Numbered from the stretch's first letter, positions 19,434 to 28,409 are shown. The stretch: 64,000 bases of DNA from Bacteroidales bacterium (GCA_016936215.1 JAFGPL010000244.1:983-64982); one strand, 5' to 3'. Notes: generated by a model from the sequence alone, not told the origin. Translations and numbers: made by a program.

Positions 19434-19580
19434 TAGTGTCTGACTTTAAAGTCCGCATACTTCGTTGCGCTCGTCCTCAAAAAGGTCATTTACGCATGGT
19501 AAGCTCCCTTTTTTACGGACTTCATGCGCCTCGTCTGAGAACTTTAAAGAACAGCCACACGACTTTATGGACAAACACTA
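19434..19580. repeat. MITE-like palindromic element, long copy (147 nt, TA-flanked)
   Basis: TA|GTGTCTGACTTTAAAGT...ACTTTATGGACAAACAC|TA. Its reverse complement aligns by hand to 49122..49208 with only a few substitutions plus a 60-nt internal insertion. Confidence 0.8.
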
Positions 19581-19616
19581 AATATTCTGCTGAAAGAATT
19601 TGCGCAGTGAACCTGA

Positions 19617-21092
19617 TTAAAAATTAACCCTCACCCCGATCACGAGTATATCATCAACCTGGTCCAGGTCGCCTTTCCATTCCATTATACTTTTGTAAAG
19701 AAAATCGTGCTGGCGTTCTGGCGGAAGATGGTGCAGTGCAAGTAAAAGATGCCGGAACCTTCTGTATTTGTATTTTTTACCCTCAGGGCCCCCAAACTGG
19801 TCGGCAAAACCATCGGAGAAGATATAAAAGATATCCCCTGTTTGTAACTGAACAGAATGGTTTTCAAAAGTGCTTTTTTCGGTTTCGGAAACAGGAAGCC
19901 CAACGGAGTTACGGTCTCCTTTAATTTCAATAATAGAGTTATCGCGTATCAGGTACAACGGGTTAAAAGCGCCTGCAAACTCAAGTATCCTGGTTTTTTT
20001 GTTTACCGAACAAAAGGCAATGTCCATGCCATCTTTAAGTGCAATGTTGTCAACATCTTTAAAAATATCCTGAAAATCTTCATTCAAATTGTTAAGGATA
20101 TCCGATGGTTTCTTTATCCCTTCGACATTGGTGAGTTTTCTGAAAAGTTCGAACCCGATAATTGACATAAATGCCCCAGGTACGCCGTGACCCGTGCAAT
20201 CAACCGCGGCAATAAATATTGTGTCCTGCACCTCGTTGATCCAGTAAAAGTCTCCGCTGACAATATCTTTTGGGATATGCAAAACAAACGATTCGGGGAA
20301 TAGTGAATGAAACAGTTTTTTTGAAGGCATCAATGCAGATTGTATTCTTTTAGCATAATTTATGCTGTCGGTAATATTTTTATTTTTAAGCGCGAGTTCT
20401 TCTTTTTGGCTCATTATCTGCTGGGCAATTTTTTCCCGTTCACGGAATTGCCTTGTGAGTTTTCTCAGTGCCCGTGTCTGAAACCTGAAGAATAGTAAAA
20501 ACAATGCCATGAAGCCGAATACATAAAACAGCACCATATACCATTGTTTCCAGAATCGTGAGGCAATATAAATATCCAGTTTGCCCTGTCCGAATGTAAT
20601 ATTGTTTTCAGGAAAATCGGCGGTAACAAAGAGCGTATGTTTCCCCGGTCTGAGTTTCGACAGGATTACATAATGGTTAGAACCCAGGTCAATCCATTTT
20701 ATGCTGTTTTTCTTTCTCTTTAGCGCGTATTTGTAGTTTTTACAAATTGAATCGTTGTATTCAAGCACAGGAAAATCAATTTTAAGATAAGCATAATTGT
20801 GCGGAAGATATACAGAATCAATCTGTCTTGAGGAGATAATATTGATTTGGCCCTTATGCGACCATTCTATACGCTTAATTTCTGTTGTATTATAAACAGG
20901 TAAAGTATATTGCACCAGCGAAGTTGCTGTGCTTGCAGTATCGTGCCCTTGTGCAGTAATGGGGGCATTCATTTCCCCGGGTGGCAATATTTTAATTGCC
21001 GATGCATAAAGAACAGTTTGAAAGAAAAACATCACCGGCAGAATTGCAAATGATATATTTCCTGAGTATTTAATGTTCTTTTTACCTGTCAT
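19617..21092 (-). CDS. Membrane SpoIIE/PP2C-family phosphatase with periplasmic Y_Y_Y-like domain
   Basis: N-terminal TM. Ig-like segment YKYALKRKKNSIKWIDLG...LRPGKHTLFV. Second TM, then a coiled coil. PP2C motifs SGDFYW, VDCTGHGVPGAFMS, FSDGFADQFGG. Confidence 0.85.
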   Translation of the reverse strand: MTGKKNIKYSGNISFAILPVMFFFQTVLYASAIKILPPGEMNAPITAQGHDTASTATSLVQYTLPVYNTTEIKRIEWSHKGQINIISSRQIDSVYLPHNYAYLKIDFPVLEYNDSICKNYKYALKRKKNSIKWIDLGSNHYVILSKLRPGKHTLFVTADFPENNITFGQGKLDIYIASRFWKQWYMVLFYVFGFMALFLLFFRFQTRALRKLTRQFREREKIAQQIMSQKEELALKNKNITDSINYAKRIQSALMPSKKLFHSLFPESFVLHIPKDIVSGDFYWINEVQDTIFIAAVDCTGHGVPGAFMSIIGFELFRKLTNVEGIKKPSDILNNLNEDFQDIFKDVDNIALKDGMDIAFCSVNKKTRILEFAGAFNPLYLIRDNSIIEIKGDRNSVGLPVSETEKSTFENHSVQLQTGDIFYIFSDGFADQFGGPEGKKYKYRRFRHLLLALHHLPPERQHDFLYKSIMEWKGDLDQVDDILVIGVRVNF

Positions 21093-21204
21093 TGCTGTGA
21101 TAGGATAATTTTTTGAAAAATCCTATCTCTAATATAGCTATTTTTTTTCAAATGGCAGACAGGGGGAGGCACAAATACTGGTTGCCGACTGCATGTTAAA
21201 TTGC

Positions 21205-22635
21205 CTAAATGAAGTATTGCCCGAGAAACCTCATGGCATTGCCGACAAACAGATTTTCAATTATTTCTTCGGCGCTGATGTTTTTATTGATTTCAAGATG
21301 AAGGTTTTTGCCATCGCTATTCATATAGTCTCTGGCATGTAATAGGAGGTATTCTTTGAGCAGGGGAAATTCTTCTGCAGTCCAGAATCCGTTAACCGGG
21401 TTAACGATGCCGTCAAAATCAGAACCAATTGCTGCAATGTTCCAGGCGTTTTTTCCTTTTTTATCAAGTGTTTCAGCGATATGCCGGACCTGGTTCCATA
21501 AAAGTTCAGAGCGGTAGGTCAACATTCTTTTTTTACTAAGGTTGAAAAAGGTTTTCTTTAACTGGGTTTTATCTGCAAGTCTTCGCTCATCAAGCTGAAT
21601 GCAGAATATTCCATTTGAATCGGAAACCTTTAGTATTTCATCATCAAAAAAATTAATATCTGCCTGGTTAAAAATGTTATTCCCGTTGTTTGAAGTGTTT
21701 ATCCTGTTTTCAAATGATTCCAGACCGTTTACGGCACCATGGCTTACAATAACAGGTATATCCGGTTTGTCTTCGAGATATTTGTAATACTGTTTTCTCG
21801 ATTCCACGCTCATATGTTTCACATCAATATGCACCCTGTTATGGTTCGTATTATCAAGAAGGGTGCTGATTACATCGAAACCCAGCGAACTAATGCCTGT
21901 GTCTGCACCGAAACCCTGGTCGAGCATATTACCTGCGATTCCCGACAGGCTGTATGCATGGCCGCACATCCCATTGTAAAAATGATGGCCTGCGCTTATA
22001 AAAAACGGACGATATTGCCATGTTTTCAAATCATTTACATTGTCAAGTATCTCATTAACTTCAGCCCTTCGGTTTGCATAGCTGTTGAATGCATGAAAAC
22101 CCTCAATGGTAAGAATTACCGACAGGGTGTCTGTTACTGTATCATCAATGTTCAGGTTCAGTTCGTCAATATTCCGGGCAAGACGGTATTCGATGCTTCT
22201 TCCTTCTGTTGTAACCCATATGCCATGCAGTTGCCGGTAGAATTCATATTCTCTTTTTAAATCGGTAAAATAATCGTGGTTGTTTTGAATGAAATCAATT
22301 CTTGTTTTTCCGAAACCGGTTATGAAATCTGAAATTGCATCAGGTATTTTGCCGGTACCTAACCTGCCGCAGAAAAATCCTTTCTCCGCGGGATAAAGCG
22401 AAGCGCCTATCACTTTTACATTGCCCTTATGCAGCGTTGTAAACCCCGACTGTGAAAACCGTGTTATGGTGGTGGCAATGTTTAGAATTTTTTCTTTCAG
22501 CCTGGGCGGATTGTAATGATATATGCTGTTTTCTTCAGATGGTTGCGGACTATTGATGAAATCTTTGTCAAAGCTTTTCCCAAATGGTTTCATCGAGGGG
22601 TGACAATGCAGGTCAATGGTAAAATTCGCGGACAT
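21205..22635 (-). CDS. Divergent membrane-dipeptidase (peptidase M19)-like metallohydrolase
   Basis: Motifs in M19 order: IDLHCH, LTIEG, GHHFYNG, IDVKHMS, VSHGA, IGSDFDGI. No signal peptide. Confidence 0.6.
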   Translation of the reverse strand: MSANFTIDLHCHPSMKPFGKSFDKDFINSPQPSEENSIYHYNPPRLKEKILNIATTITRFSQSGFTTLHKGNVKVIGASLYPAEKGFFCGRLGTGKIPDAISDFITGFGKTRIDFIQNNHDYFTDLKREYEFYRQLHGIWVTTEGRSIEYRLARNIDELNLNIDDTVTDTLSVILTIEGFHAFNSYANRRAEVNEILDNVNDLKTWQYRPFFISAGHHFYNGMCGHAYSLSGIAGNMLDQGFGADTGISSLGFDVISTLLDNTNHNRVHIDVKHMSVESRKQYYKYLEDKPDIPVIVSHGAVNGLESFENRINTSNNGNNIFNQADINFFDDEILKVSDSNGIFCIQLDERRLADKTQLKKTFFNLSKKRMLTYRSELLWNQVRHIAETLDKKGKNAWNIAAIGSDFDGIVNPVNGFWTAEEFPLLKEYLLLHARDYMNSDGKNLHLEINKNISAEEIIENLFVGNAMRFLGQYFI

Positions 22636-22717
22636 TTTAATTGGGTTTGATTTGTAATTTGACGGCAGATATAATATTCATTTATGTTCCCCGGTTAAAA
22701 ACAGATAATATGGTAAT

Positions 22718-23185
22718 TCATTTTTGTATAAAATCTTTAAGGTAATCTTGAATAAATCCGAACGCTTTCTGAAGGTTTAATAAGGCCTGCATGGTCGGTT
22801 CTGCCATAAACTCCCATTCATATCCTTTAATATGAAGAATATAAGTTTCCGGAACATATCCATAAAGTTCACCGGCAAGAAAAAGCAGGAAAGCAGGGGG
22901 GACATGGTGCATGGTAAAATCTGTTTTGTTCCTGGGCTTAAGCGGTTCGAGTTTAAAATCTTCGAGTTTTTCTTTTGATGCATCGGCAAAGATAACCAGG
23001 TCTTTGTCTTTCATAATGATTGCATCTTCGATGTTCAACTGGTAATTGCTATCGGTTTCTATGTTTTCATAATTCTCTTGTCTGGCCCATTCTTCCGCCA
23101 TTTCAGCAAACTTTACCCCCAGGGCGTCATCCTGGCGTCCGGGATTGCCATAACCATAAATAAGTATCCTGGAGTTTTCCGGCAC
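22718..23185 (-). CDS. hoxW: [NiFe] hydrogenase maturation endopeptidase
   Basis: ILIYGYGNPGRQDDALG is the classic GNxxxxDDGxG protease motif. Size is 155 aa. It abuts the hoxH stop with no gap. GTG start. Confidence 0.85.
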   Translation of the reverse strand: MPENSRILIYGYGNPGRQDDALGVKFAEMAEEWARQENYENIETDSNYQLNIEDAIIMKDKDLVIFADASKEKLEDFKLEPLKPRNKTDFTMHHVPPAFLLFLAGELYGYVPETYILHIKGYEWEFMAEPTMQALLNLQKAFGFIQDYLKDFIQK

Positions 23186-24640
23186 TTAAACGCTTGTTTT
23201 GTTGTCAATTACCTTATTGTTTTGATCGAGCAGGGTAATTTCCAGCGGCATTTGTCCCAAGGCATGGGTGGCGCAACTCAGGCATGGGTCATATGCCCTT
23301 ATGGCAACTTCGACGGCATTCATCATACCCTCTGTAATTTTTTGTTTTCCCGTCATCATTTTCGTGGCAACCTGGTTAACCGCCTCGTTCATCGGCTGGT
23401 TATTATTGGTGGTTGATACAATAAGGTTGGCCATTTCGATCTGGTCGTTGTCGTTGATTTTATAATGATGAAAAAGTGTACCCCTTGGTGCTTCGAGAAG
23501 GCCTACTCCTTCATACGATTTGTTTCCTTTAATTACAAGCTCTCCTTCCAGCAGGTCGGGATCGTTCAACAGCTCCTTCATTTTTTCGGCAGCATGCAAT
23601 ATTTCAATAAGCCGTGCCCAGTGATAATGCATAGGCTTGTTGCTTGGTTTACCATTATTATATGCTTTGAATTTTTCGAATTCCTTCTGGGCCAGCGGGG
23701 TGTCAATAAAATCGGCTGTGTTGAGCCTTGCCAGGGGGCCGACACTGTACCAGCCTGTTTTTGTCCCGATTTCCTTGAGATAAGGAAATTTCATGTAGCT
23801 CCACGATCTGACCTCTTCGTCAATGTATTTGTAATATTCCTGGTAATCAACATCATGAAGGATTTTTTTACCTTCAGGGTCTACTGCCCTCAGCACGCCG
23901 TGATATATATCCAGTGCACCGTCTTTACGCACGAGGCTCAGGTAACTTGATGGAAAATCAATAAATTCGTCAATAATATCTTTATTCTTTTTATGATAAT
24001 CGTGAAAAAATTCCAGGGCTGCCTGCGACCAGTCAATCATCTTCGCGATGTTAATGGGGTCGTCACCGTTTAAAAGATATTCTTTGTCTTCTTCAGAAAG
24101 GTGTTTGTTAATACCTCCCGGAATAGCCCCTGTACCGTGAATTTTTTTACCGGCAGTGGCCCTTATTACTTCCTGTCCGTATTTGCGCATCATCACTCCC
24201 TGCACGGCAAGTTCTTTGTTTTCAAGCGCAATACCTATTATATTACGTTTTAAAGGATCGCCGTCAATCCCGAAAAGCAGGTCGGGTGCTGCAAGGTGGA
24301 AGAAATGCAGTGTGTGTGACTGAAAAAACTGCCCGTAATGCATCAACCGTCTCATTTTTTCACCTGTTGGTGTTAACCCGTCGCCGGTCCCGGCACCCAC
24401 AATCACGTCTAATGCTTTGGCTGCTGCAAGGTGATGGCTAACCGGGCAAATGCCGCATAGCCTCTGCACCAGCACCGGGGCTTCCCAGTATGGCCGTCCC
24501 TGCACAAACCTTTCGAATCCCCTGAATTCAACAATGTGCAGCCTGGTTTGGGCAATATTCCCTTCATTGTCGAGGTGTATTGTTACTTTACCGTGGCCTT
24601 CTACCCGTGTAACTGGTTCTATTGTGATTTTCTGTCCCAT
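23186..24640 (-). CDS. hoxH: NAD-coupled (group 3d-like) [NiFe] hydrogenase large subunit
   Basis: N-terminal RVEGHG and RLCGICPVSH. C-terminal DPCLSCATH followed by a 25-aa extension, which is the protease substrate. Confidence 0.92.
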   Translation of the reverse strand: MGQKITIEPVTRVEGHGKVTIHLDNEGNIAQTRLHIVEFRGFERFVQGRPYWEAPVLVQRLCGICPVSHHLAAAKALDVIVGAGTGDGLTPTGEKMRRLMHYGQFFQSHTLHFFHLAAPDLLFGIDGDPLKRNIIGIALENKELAVQGVMMRKYGQEVIRATAGKKIHGTGAIPGGINKHLSEEDKEYLLNGDDPINIAKMIDWSQAALEFFHDYHKKNKDIIDEFIDFPSSYLSLVRKDGALDIYHGVLRAVDPEGKKILHDVDYQEYYKYIDEEVRSWSYMKFPYLKEIGTKTGWYSVGPLARLNTADFIDTPLAQKEFEKFKAYNNGKPSNKPMHYHWARLIEILHAAEKMKELLNDPDLLEGELVIKGNKSYEGVGLLEAPRGTLFHHYKINDNDQIEMANLIVSTTNNNQPMNEAVNQVATKMMTGKQKITEGMMNAVEVAIRAYDPCLSCATHALGQMPLEITLLDQNNKVIDNKTSV

Positions 24641-24652
24641 ACGAACAATTTT

Positions 24653-25201
24653 TTAGTCGAATTTAATTACTTCATAAGGCATCTTCATTTCATCGCCGGT
24701 AACGAGCGCTACCAGCGCTTCCCAAATAAGATCGGCCCTTGGCGGGCAGCCGGGCAGGTGGTAATCTATTTTCACAACTTCGTGGCAGGGATAAACCTTG
24801 TCGAGTAGCATGGGCAGTTCCGGATCGTTGGGAATAATTCCTGTAGTGTTGCCTACCACTGTTGGCCCGTTGAGGTATGCTTCCTCAAGGCATTCCTTTA
24901 TGGGTATGCCGTTGCGCATTGCTGGCAGTCCACCCATAATGGCACATTCACCTAGCGAAACAAGTATTTTACAATTCTCCCTGAAATCTTTCAATACATG
25001 CACATTTTCGCTGTTACAGCACCCCCCCTCTATTAGACCGATATCGCATTTTTTGGTAAATTTCTTTATATCATCAATCGGTGATTTGTTGAATTCAACC
25101 AGCTCAATAAGTTCGAGGATGCGTTCGTCAATATCGAGGATTGACATGTGGCAACCGAAACAACCTGCCAGCGATGTGGTAGCTAAAATAGGTTTACTCA
25201 T
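24653..25201 (-). CDS. hoxY: [NiFe] hydrogenase small subunit (NuoB-like)
   Basis: GCFGCHMS, GGCCN, LPGCPP cysteine motifs. 182 aa. Confidence 0.9.
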   Translation of the reverse strand: MSKPILATTSLAGCFGCHMSILDIDERILELIELVEFNKSPIDDIKKFTKKCDIGLIEGGCCNSENVHVLKDFRENCKILVSLGECAIMGGLPAMRNGIPIKECLEEAYLNGPTVVGNTTGIIPNDPELPMLLDKVYPCHEVVKIDYHLPGCPPRADLIWEALVALVTGDEMKMPYEVIKFD

Positions 25202-25213
25202 TTTGGTACCAGT

Positions 25214-25927
25214 TTAATGTTTTGAAACAGAAATATTTTCTATGTCGCTGCCAATGGGTTTGTTATCGTATTTACGTTCACCAATTGGTACGGCAAACCC
25301 TTTTTCCTTTACAATGATAGATCCAACAGGGCAAACATCCATTGCTTTTTGAGCAAGTTCATCGGTAAGCAGTTTGCCCAGTTTTGCATCCACACCAACT
25401 TCTACCCTGTGGCTTCTTCGTCTGTATGCAAAGATGCTGCGCCCTTTATCATCTTTTACAGCCCTGATGCACCTTTTGCAAAGGATGCACCTGTTTTGGT
25501 CTTTGATAATTTTAGGGTGCGATGCATCTACTTTTCGCAAAGGGAAGGAATAAGGAAACCTGGGGACCATTACTTTAAACCTGTAGGCCAGTGCCTGTAG
25601 TTCGCAGAACCCGCTCTTTTCACACGAAGGGCAGAAGTGGTTACCTTCAACGAGCAACAGCTCGATGATGGCTTTCCTTAATTCATTCAGTTCGGAAGTA
25701 TTATTTTCAATCTGCATGCCTTGTGAAACCGGTGTAGTACATGCAGTCATGAGTTTTCCGTTTACTTTTACAGTGCAGATACGGCAACTACCTTTGGGTT
25801 TCACCCCGGGATAGTTACAAAGGGTAGGAATGTAGATGCCGTTTTCTTTGGCAGCTTCAACAATGTACTGTCCACGGCTTGCCATGCATTCAATACCATC
25901 AATTGTAATTCTTATTATTGTGTCCAT
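25214..25927 (-). CDS. hoxU: Diaphorase Fe-S subunit (NuoG N-terminal-like)
   Basis: ATG at 25927 (MDTIIRITIDGIE) lies 13 nt after the hoxF stop; the listed GTG at 25972 would overlap hoxF. 2Fe-2S motif CNYPGVKPKGSCRICTV...TAC. HFCPSCEKSGFCELQ. CILCKRCIRA...CPVG. Confidence 0.9.
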   Translation of the reverse strand: MDTIIRITIDGIECMASRGQYIVEAAKENGIYIPTLCNYPGVKPKGSCRICTVKVNGKLMTACTTPVSQGMQIENNTSELNELRKAIIELLLVEGNHFCPSCEKSGFCELQALAYRFKVMVPRFPYSFPLRKVDASHPKIIKDQNRCILCKRCIRAVKDDKGRSIFAYRRRSHRVEVGVDAKLGKLLTDELAQKAMDVCPVGSIIVKEKGFAVPIGERKYDNKPIGSDIENISVSKH

Positions 25928-25940
25928 AGTATTTGTGCTT

Positions 25941-27743
25941 TTATATGTAAGGAACCCTGCCTGTTGCTTCACACGACTCTTTTACTGCGGCATTGAGGTC
26001 AAATCCGCTGTCGAAAGATTTGTTTTTCTGTATTTTTTCTTCATAAAGGTGCCTGAAATTTTTGATGCTCGAAAGAATGGGATTGGCTGCAGTTTGTCCC
26101 AGTCCGCAACGGCTCGCCCTGAGAATTTTTCCCCATTCCACCATATCGTCAATGTCTTGCATAACCCCCCTGGCATTTAGAATTTTCTCAAGTTTCTTTT
26201 TAAGGATAGAAGGTACAATTCTGCAGGTAGAACAACTGCCGCAGGACTCTTCGATAAAGAATTCAGTGAAGTTCATCACCACATCTGCGAGTATATCCCT
26301 GTGGTTTCCGAAAATAATGAGAGAACCACCGGTGGATAGGTCTTCGTATCCGAGTATCCTGTTAAACTCGTTGGGTGCGATTATGGCTCCTGAAGGCCCG
26401 CCCACCTGAACAGCCTGGACATCGGATTTTGTTGCCCCTGCCATGTCGAGTATGTCATTTACCGAAAAACCCCATACCACTTCGTAAACGCCGGGGTAAC
26501 GACAATCTCCTGAGATGCTGAGCAGTTTAGTGCCGGTAGATTCGGTTGTGCCAAAAGACTTATACCATTCACCTCCGTTCAGGATGACCTTAACCACCGA
26601 ACACAGGGTTTCGACATTGTTCACAACAGTGGGCATGTCGAGATAACCTTTTTCAACGGGAAAAGGAGGACGGTCGCGGGGCTCACCCCTTTTACCTTCC
26701 GCAGATTCTATCAGCGCCGACTCTTCACCGCAAACATAAGCACCTGCGCCATATTGTATCCTGATGTCGAAATCAAATCCTTTTTTGCCCCCGATATTTT
26801 TCCCGAGATAGTTTTTTTCACGTGCTTTATCAAGAATATCTTCGAGGTATTGACCGAGGTATTTATATTCATACCTGATATAAAGAATACCTTCGGTGGC
26901 CCCGACTGCATAACCGGCAATTACCATTCCTTCAAAGAGGAGTCTTGGCAATTCTGTTAATATTACCCTGTCTTTAAATGTGCCCGGTTCACCCTCGTCT
27001 GCGTTGCAGAGAATATATTTTTTTTCTCCCGGTGCCATCCTGCAGAATTCCCATTTCAGGCCGGTGGGAAAACCCGCCCCGCCACGGCCCCTGATCCCCG
27101 ATTTCTTAACTTCATCAATGACTTCGGTGGGGGACATTTTGATTATCTTTTTTATCGCTTCTCCCGGTTTATTCTTTTTCTCAAGTATTGGCCCGATTTT
27201 CCTTATGTTGTTGCTTACTACCGATTTAATAAGCTCGGTGGCGTTTTTGCCATCGCCATAGCTTGCATAAAACATGTCTTCAACACGTTTTCCTTCCCTG
27301 ATATCCCTTATAATTTCTTTTACCCTGAAAGGAGTAAGCTTGGTGAAAATAAGGTTATTGATGATAGCTGCAGGTTCCTGGTCGTTCATACCTATGCACG
27401 ATGTTTCAAACAGCCCGATCATGCCATCGGCAGTAACCTGGCCAAATTTTATCCCCAGTTCTTTTTCAAAGGTGGCAGCCACTTCTGCCCTGCCCATCAT
27501 GGTTGCAACAGCACTGTTGTTAAGGTAAATATTATACTTTCCGGTGGGTTTCAGAGAGAAAAAATGATAGAAAGAGATGGTTTGCTCCACATCAACTTCA
27601 GACATGTGCAACTCTTCTGCAATCTGACTTACAGCATGTGGCGGAATATATCCTATTTCACTCTGGATATCAATCAGGATATCCATCAGCCTGGTTTTAT
27701 CCTTCTTATATTTTTCGATGATTTTGATTGTTGCAGTTTTCAT
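25941..27743 (-). CDS. hoxF: Diaphorase NAD/FMN subunit (NuoE-like domain fused to NuoF-like domain)
   Basis: GRGGAGFPTGLKW, CGEESALIESAEGKRGEPR, ESCGSCSTCR...RCGLGQTA. The N-terminal ~150 aa have a NuoE-like fold signature. Confidence 0.92.
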   Translation of the reverse strand: MKTATIKIIEKYKKDKTRLMDILIDIQSEIGYIPPHAVSQIAEELHMSEVDVEQTISFYHFFSLKPTGKYNIYLNNSAVATMMGRAEVAATFEKELGIKFGQVTADGMIGLFETSCIGMNDQEPAAIINNLIFTKLTPFRVKEIIRDIREGKRVEDMFYASYGDGKNATELIKSVVSNNIRKIGPILEKKNKPGEAIKKIIKMSPTEVIDEVKKSGIRGRGGAGFPTGLKWEFCRMAPGEKKYILCNADEGEPGTFKDRVILTELPRLLFEGMVIAGYAVGATEGILYIRYEYKYLGQYLEDILDKAREKNYLGKNIGGKKGFDFDIRIQYGAGAYVCGEESALIESAEGKRGEPRDRPPFPVEKGYLDMPTVVNNVETLCSVVKVILNGGEWYKSFGTTESTGTKLLSISGDCRYPGVYEVVWGFSVNDILDMAGATKSDVQAVQVGGPSGAIIAPNEFNRILGYEDLSTGGSLIIFGNHRDILADVVMNFTEFFIEESCGSCSTCRIVPSILKKKLEKILNARGVMQDIDDMVEWGKILRASRCGLGQTAANPILSSIKNFRHLYEEKIQKNKSFDSGFDLNAAVKESCEATGRVPYI

Positions 27744-27983
27744 AGAGGTATGATTTAGAAGGAAGGAAATTTTCTATTGTTAATTATTTCACAACAATAA
27801 TATGATTTTAAAAGGTTTTTTGCAAGTGTTTAACGATATTTAGAATGATTATAAGTTGCTGAATAATTATCAAATAGATATATTCCCAGGTCTCTTTGTT
27901 TAGCGGGGTTTACAGTTAACCCGAATAATACATCCGTTTTCTTTCAACAAATCGTGTGAAAGGTGTTTTTTGAAAGAATATGA

Positions 27984-28409
27984 TTAGAAATCTGTTTCGC
28001 TGGCACCATAATCGTATTCGTGATAGAAACTGGTGAGGGTGGTGTAAATATCTTCAAACGAAACATAGTGATTTTTGCACCCTGCCCGTGAACAAATATG
28101 CACTTTACCTCCTTTCTCCAGGTCGAAAGCTACGATTGGTGCGTTACAAATATCACAAAGCACTTTTGTATTAAGGTTTTGTTTGCAATGAGGACAGATC
28201 AAAGCGGCAATTTCACCTTCGTGGATGCTAATTGATGAAGTTTTGTCGTAACAACCGTATGTTGAACAAAGATTTAAAATACCGCTACGGTTATCTATCT
28301 CAATTCTTAACCTGATACTTGGTTTGGCATTCAGGTATTGTGTATAATCCATAAGCGATTTTTCACAGTGCGGGCATTTTACTTTCAGGAAGATAAGATT
28401 TTTTGCCAT
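27984..28409 (-). CDS. Cys-rich double zinc-ribbon protein, unknown function
   Basis: 141 aa, ATG start. Ten Cys arranged as CPHC-x32-CSTYGC and CPHC-x9-CDIC-x17-CSRAGC. Acidic tail YDYGASETDF. Same strand as hoxF and 240 nt upstream of it. Confidence 0.7.
   Translation of the reverse strand: MAKNLIFLKVKCPHCEKSLMDYTQYLNAKPSIRLRIEIDNRSGILNLCSTYGCYDKTSSISIHEGEIAALICPHCKQNLNTKVLCDICNAPIVAFDLEKGGKVHICSRAGCKNHYVSFEDIYTTLTSFYHEYDYGASETDF

Noticed and set aside
19436-19627. 63-aa ORF (MSDFKVRILRCARPQKGH...) and its apparent homolog at 49000..49206 (MSVFKVLILRCARLRTLKNSHTTLWTN...)
   Set aside because: The similarity comes from translating the two copies of the MITE-like DNA repeat. The ORFs run out of the repeat into unrelated sequence, and the 60-nt indel breaks the supposed protein alignment. 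They are treated as a repeat, not as CDS.
21099-21127. 8-bp hairpin GATAGGAT...ATCCTATC between the M19-like gene and the PP2C gene, considered as a terminator
   Set aside because: On the minus strand it is followed by ACAGCAATG, the start of the next gene, rather than a T-run. The only T-run is in the loop. It is too weak to call as a feature.
27903-27925. Hairpin CGGGGTT...AACCCG downstream of the zinc-ribbon gene, considered as a terminator separating it from hoxF
   Set aside because: The stem is imperfect and not followed by a T-run on the minus strand, so it cannot be used to decide whether the zinc-ribbon gene is co-transcribed with hox.
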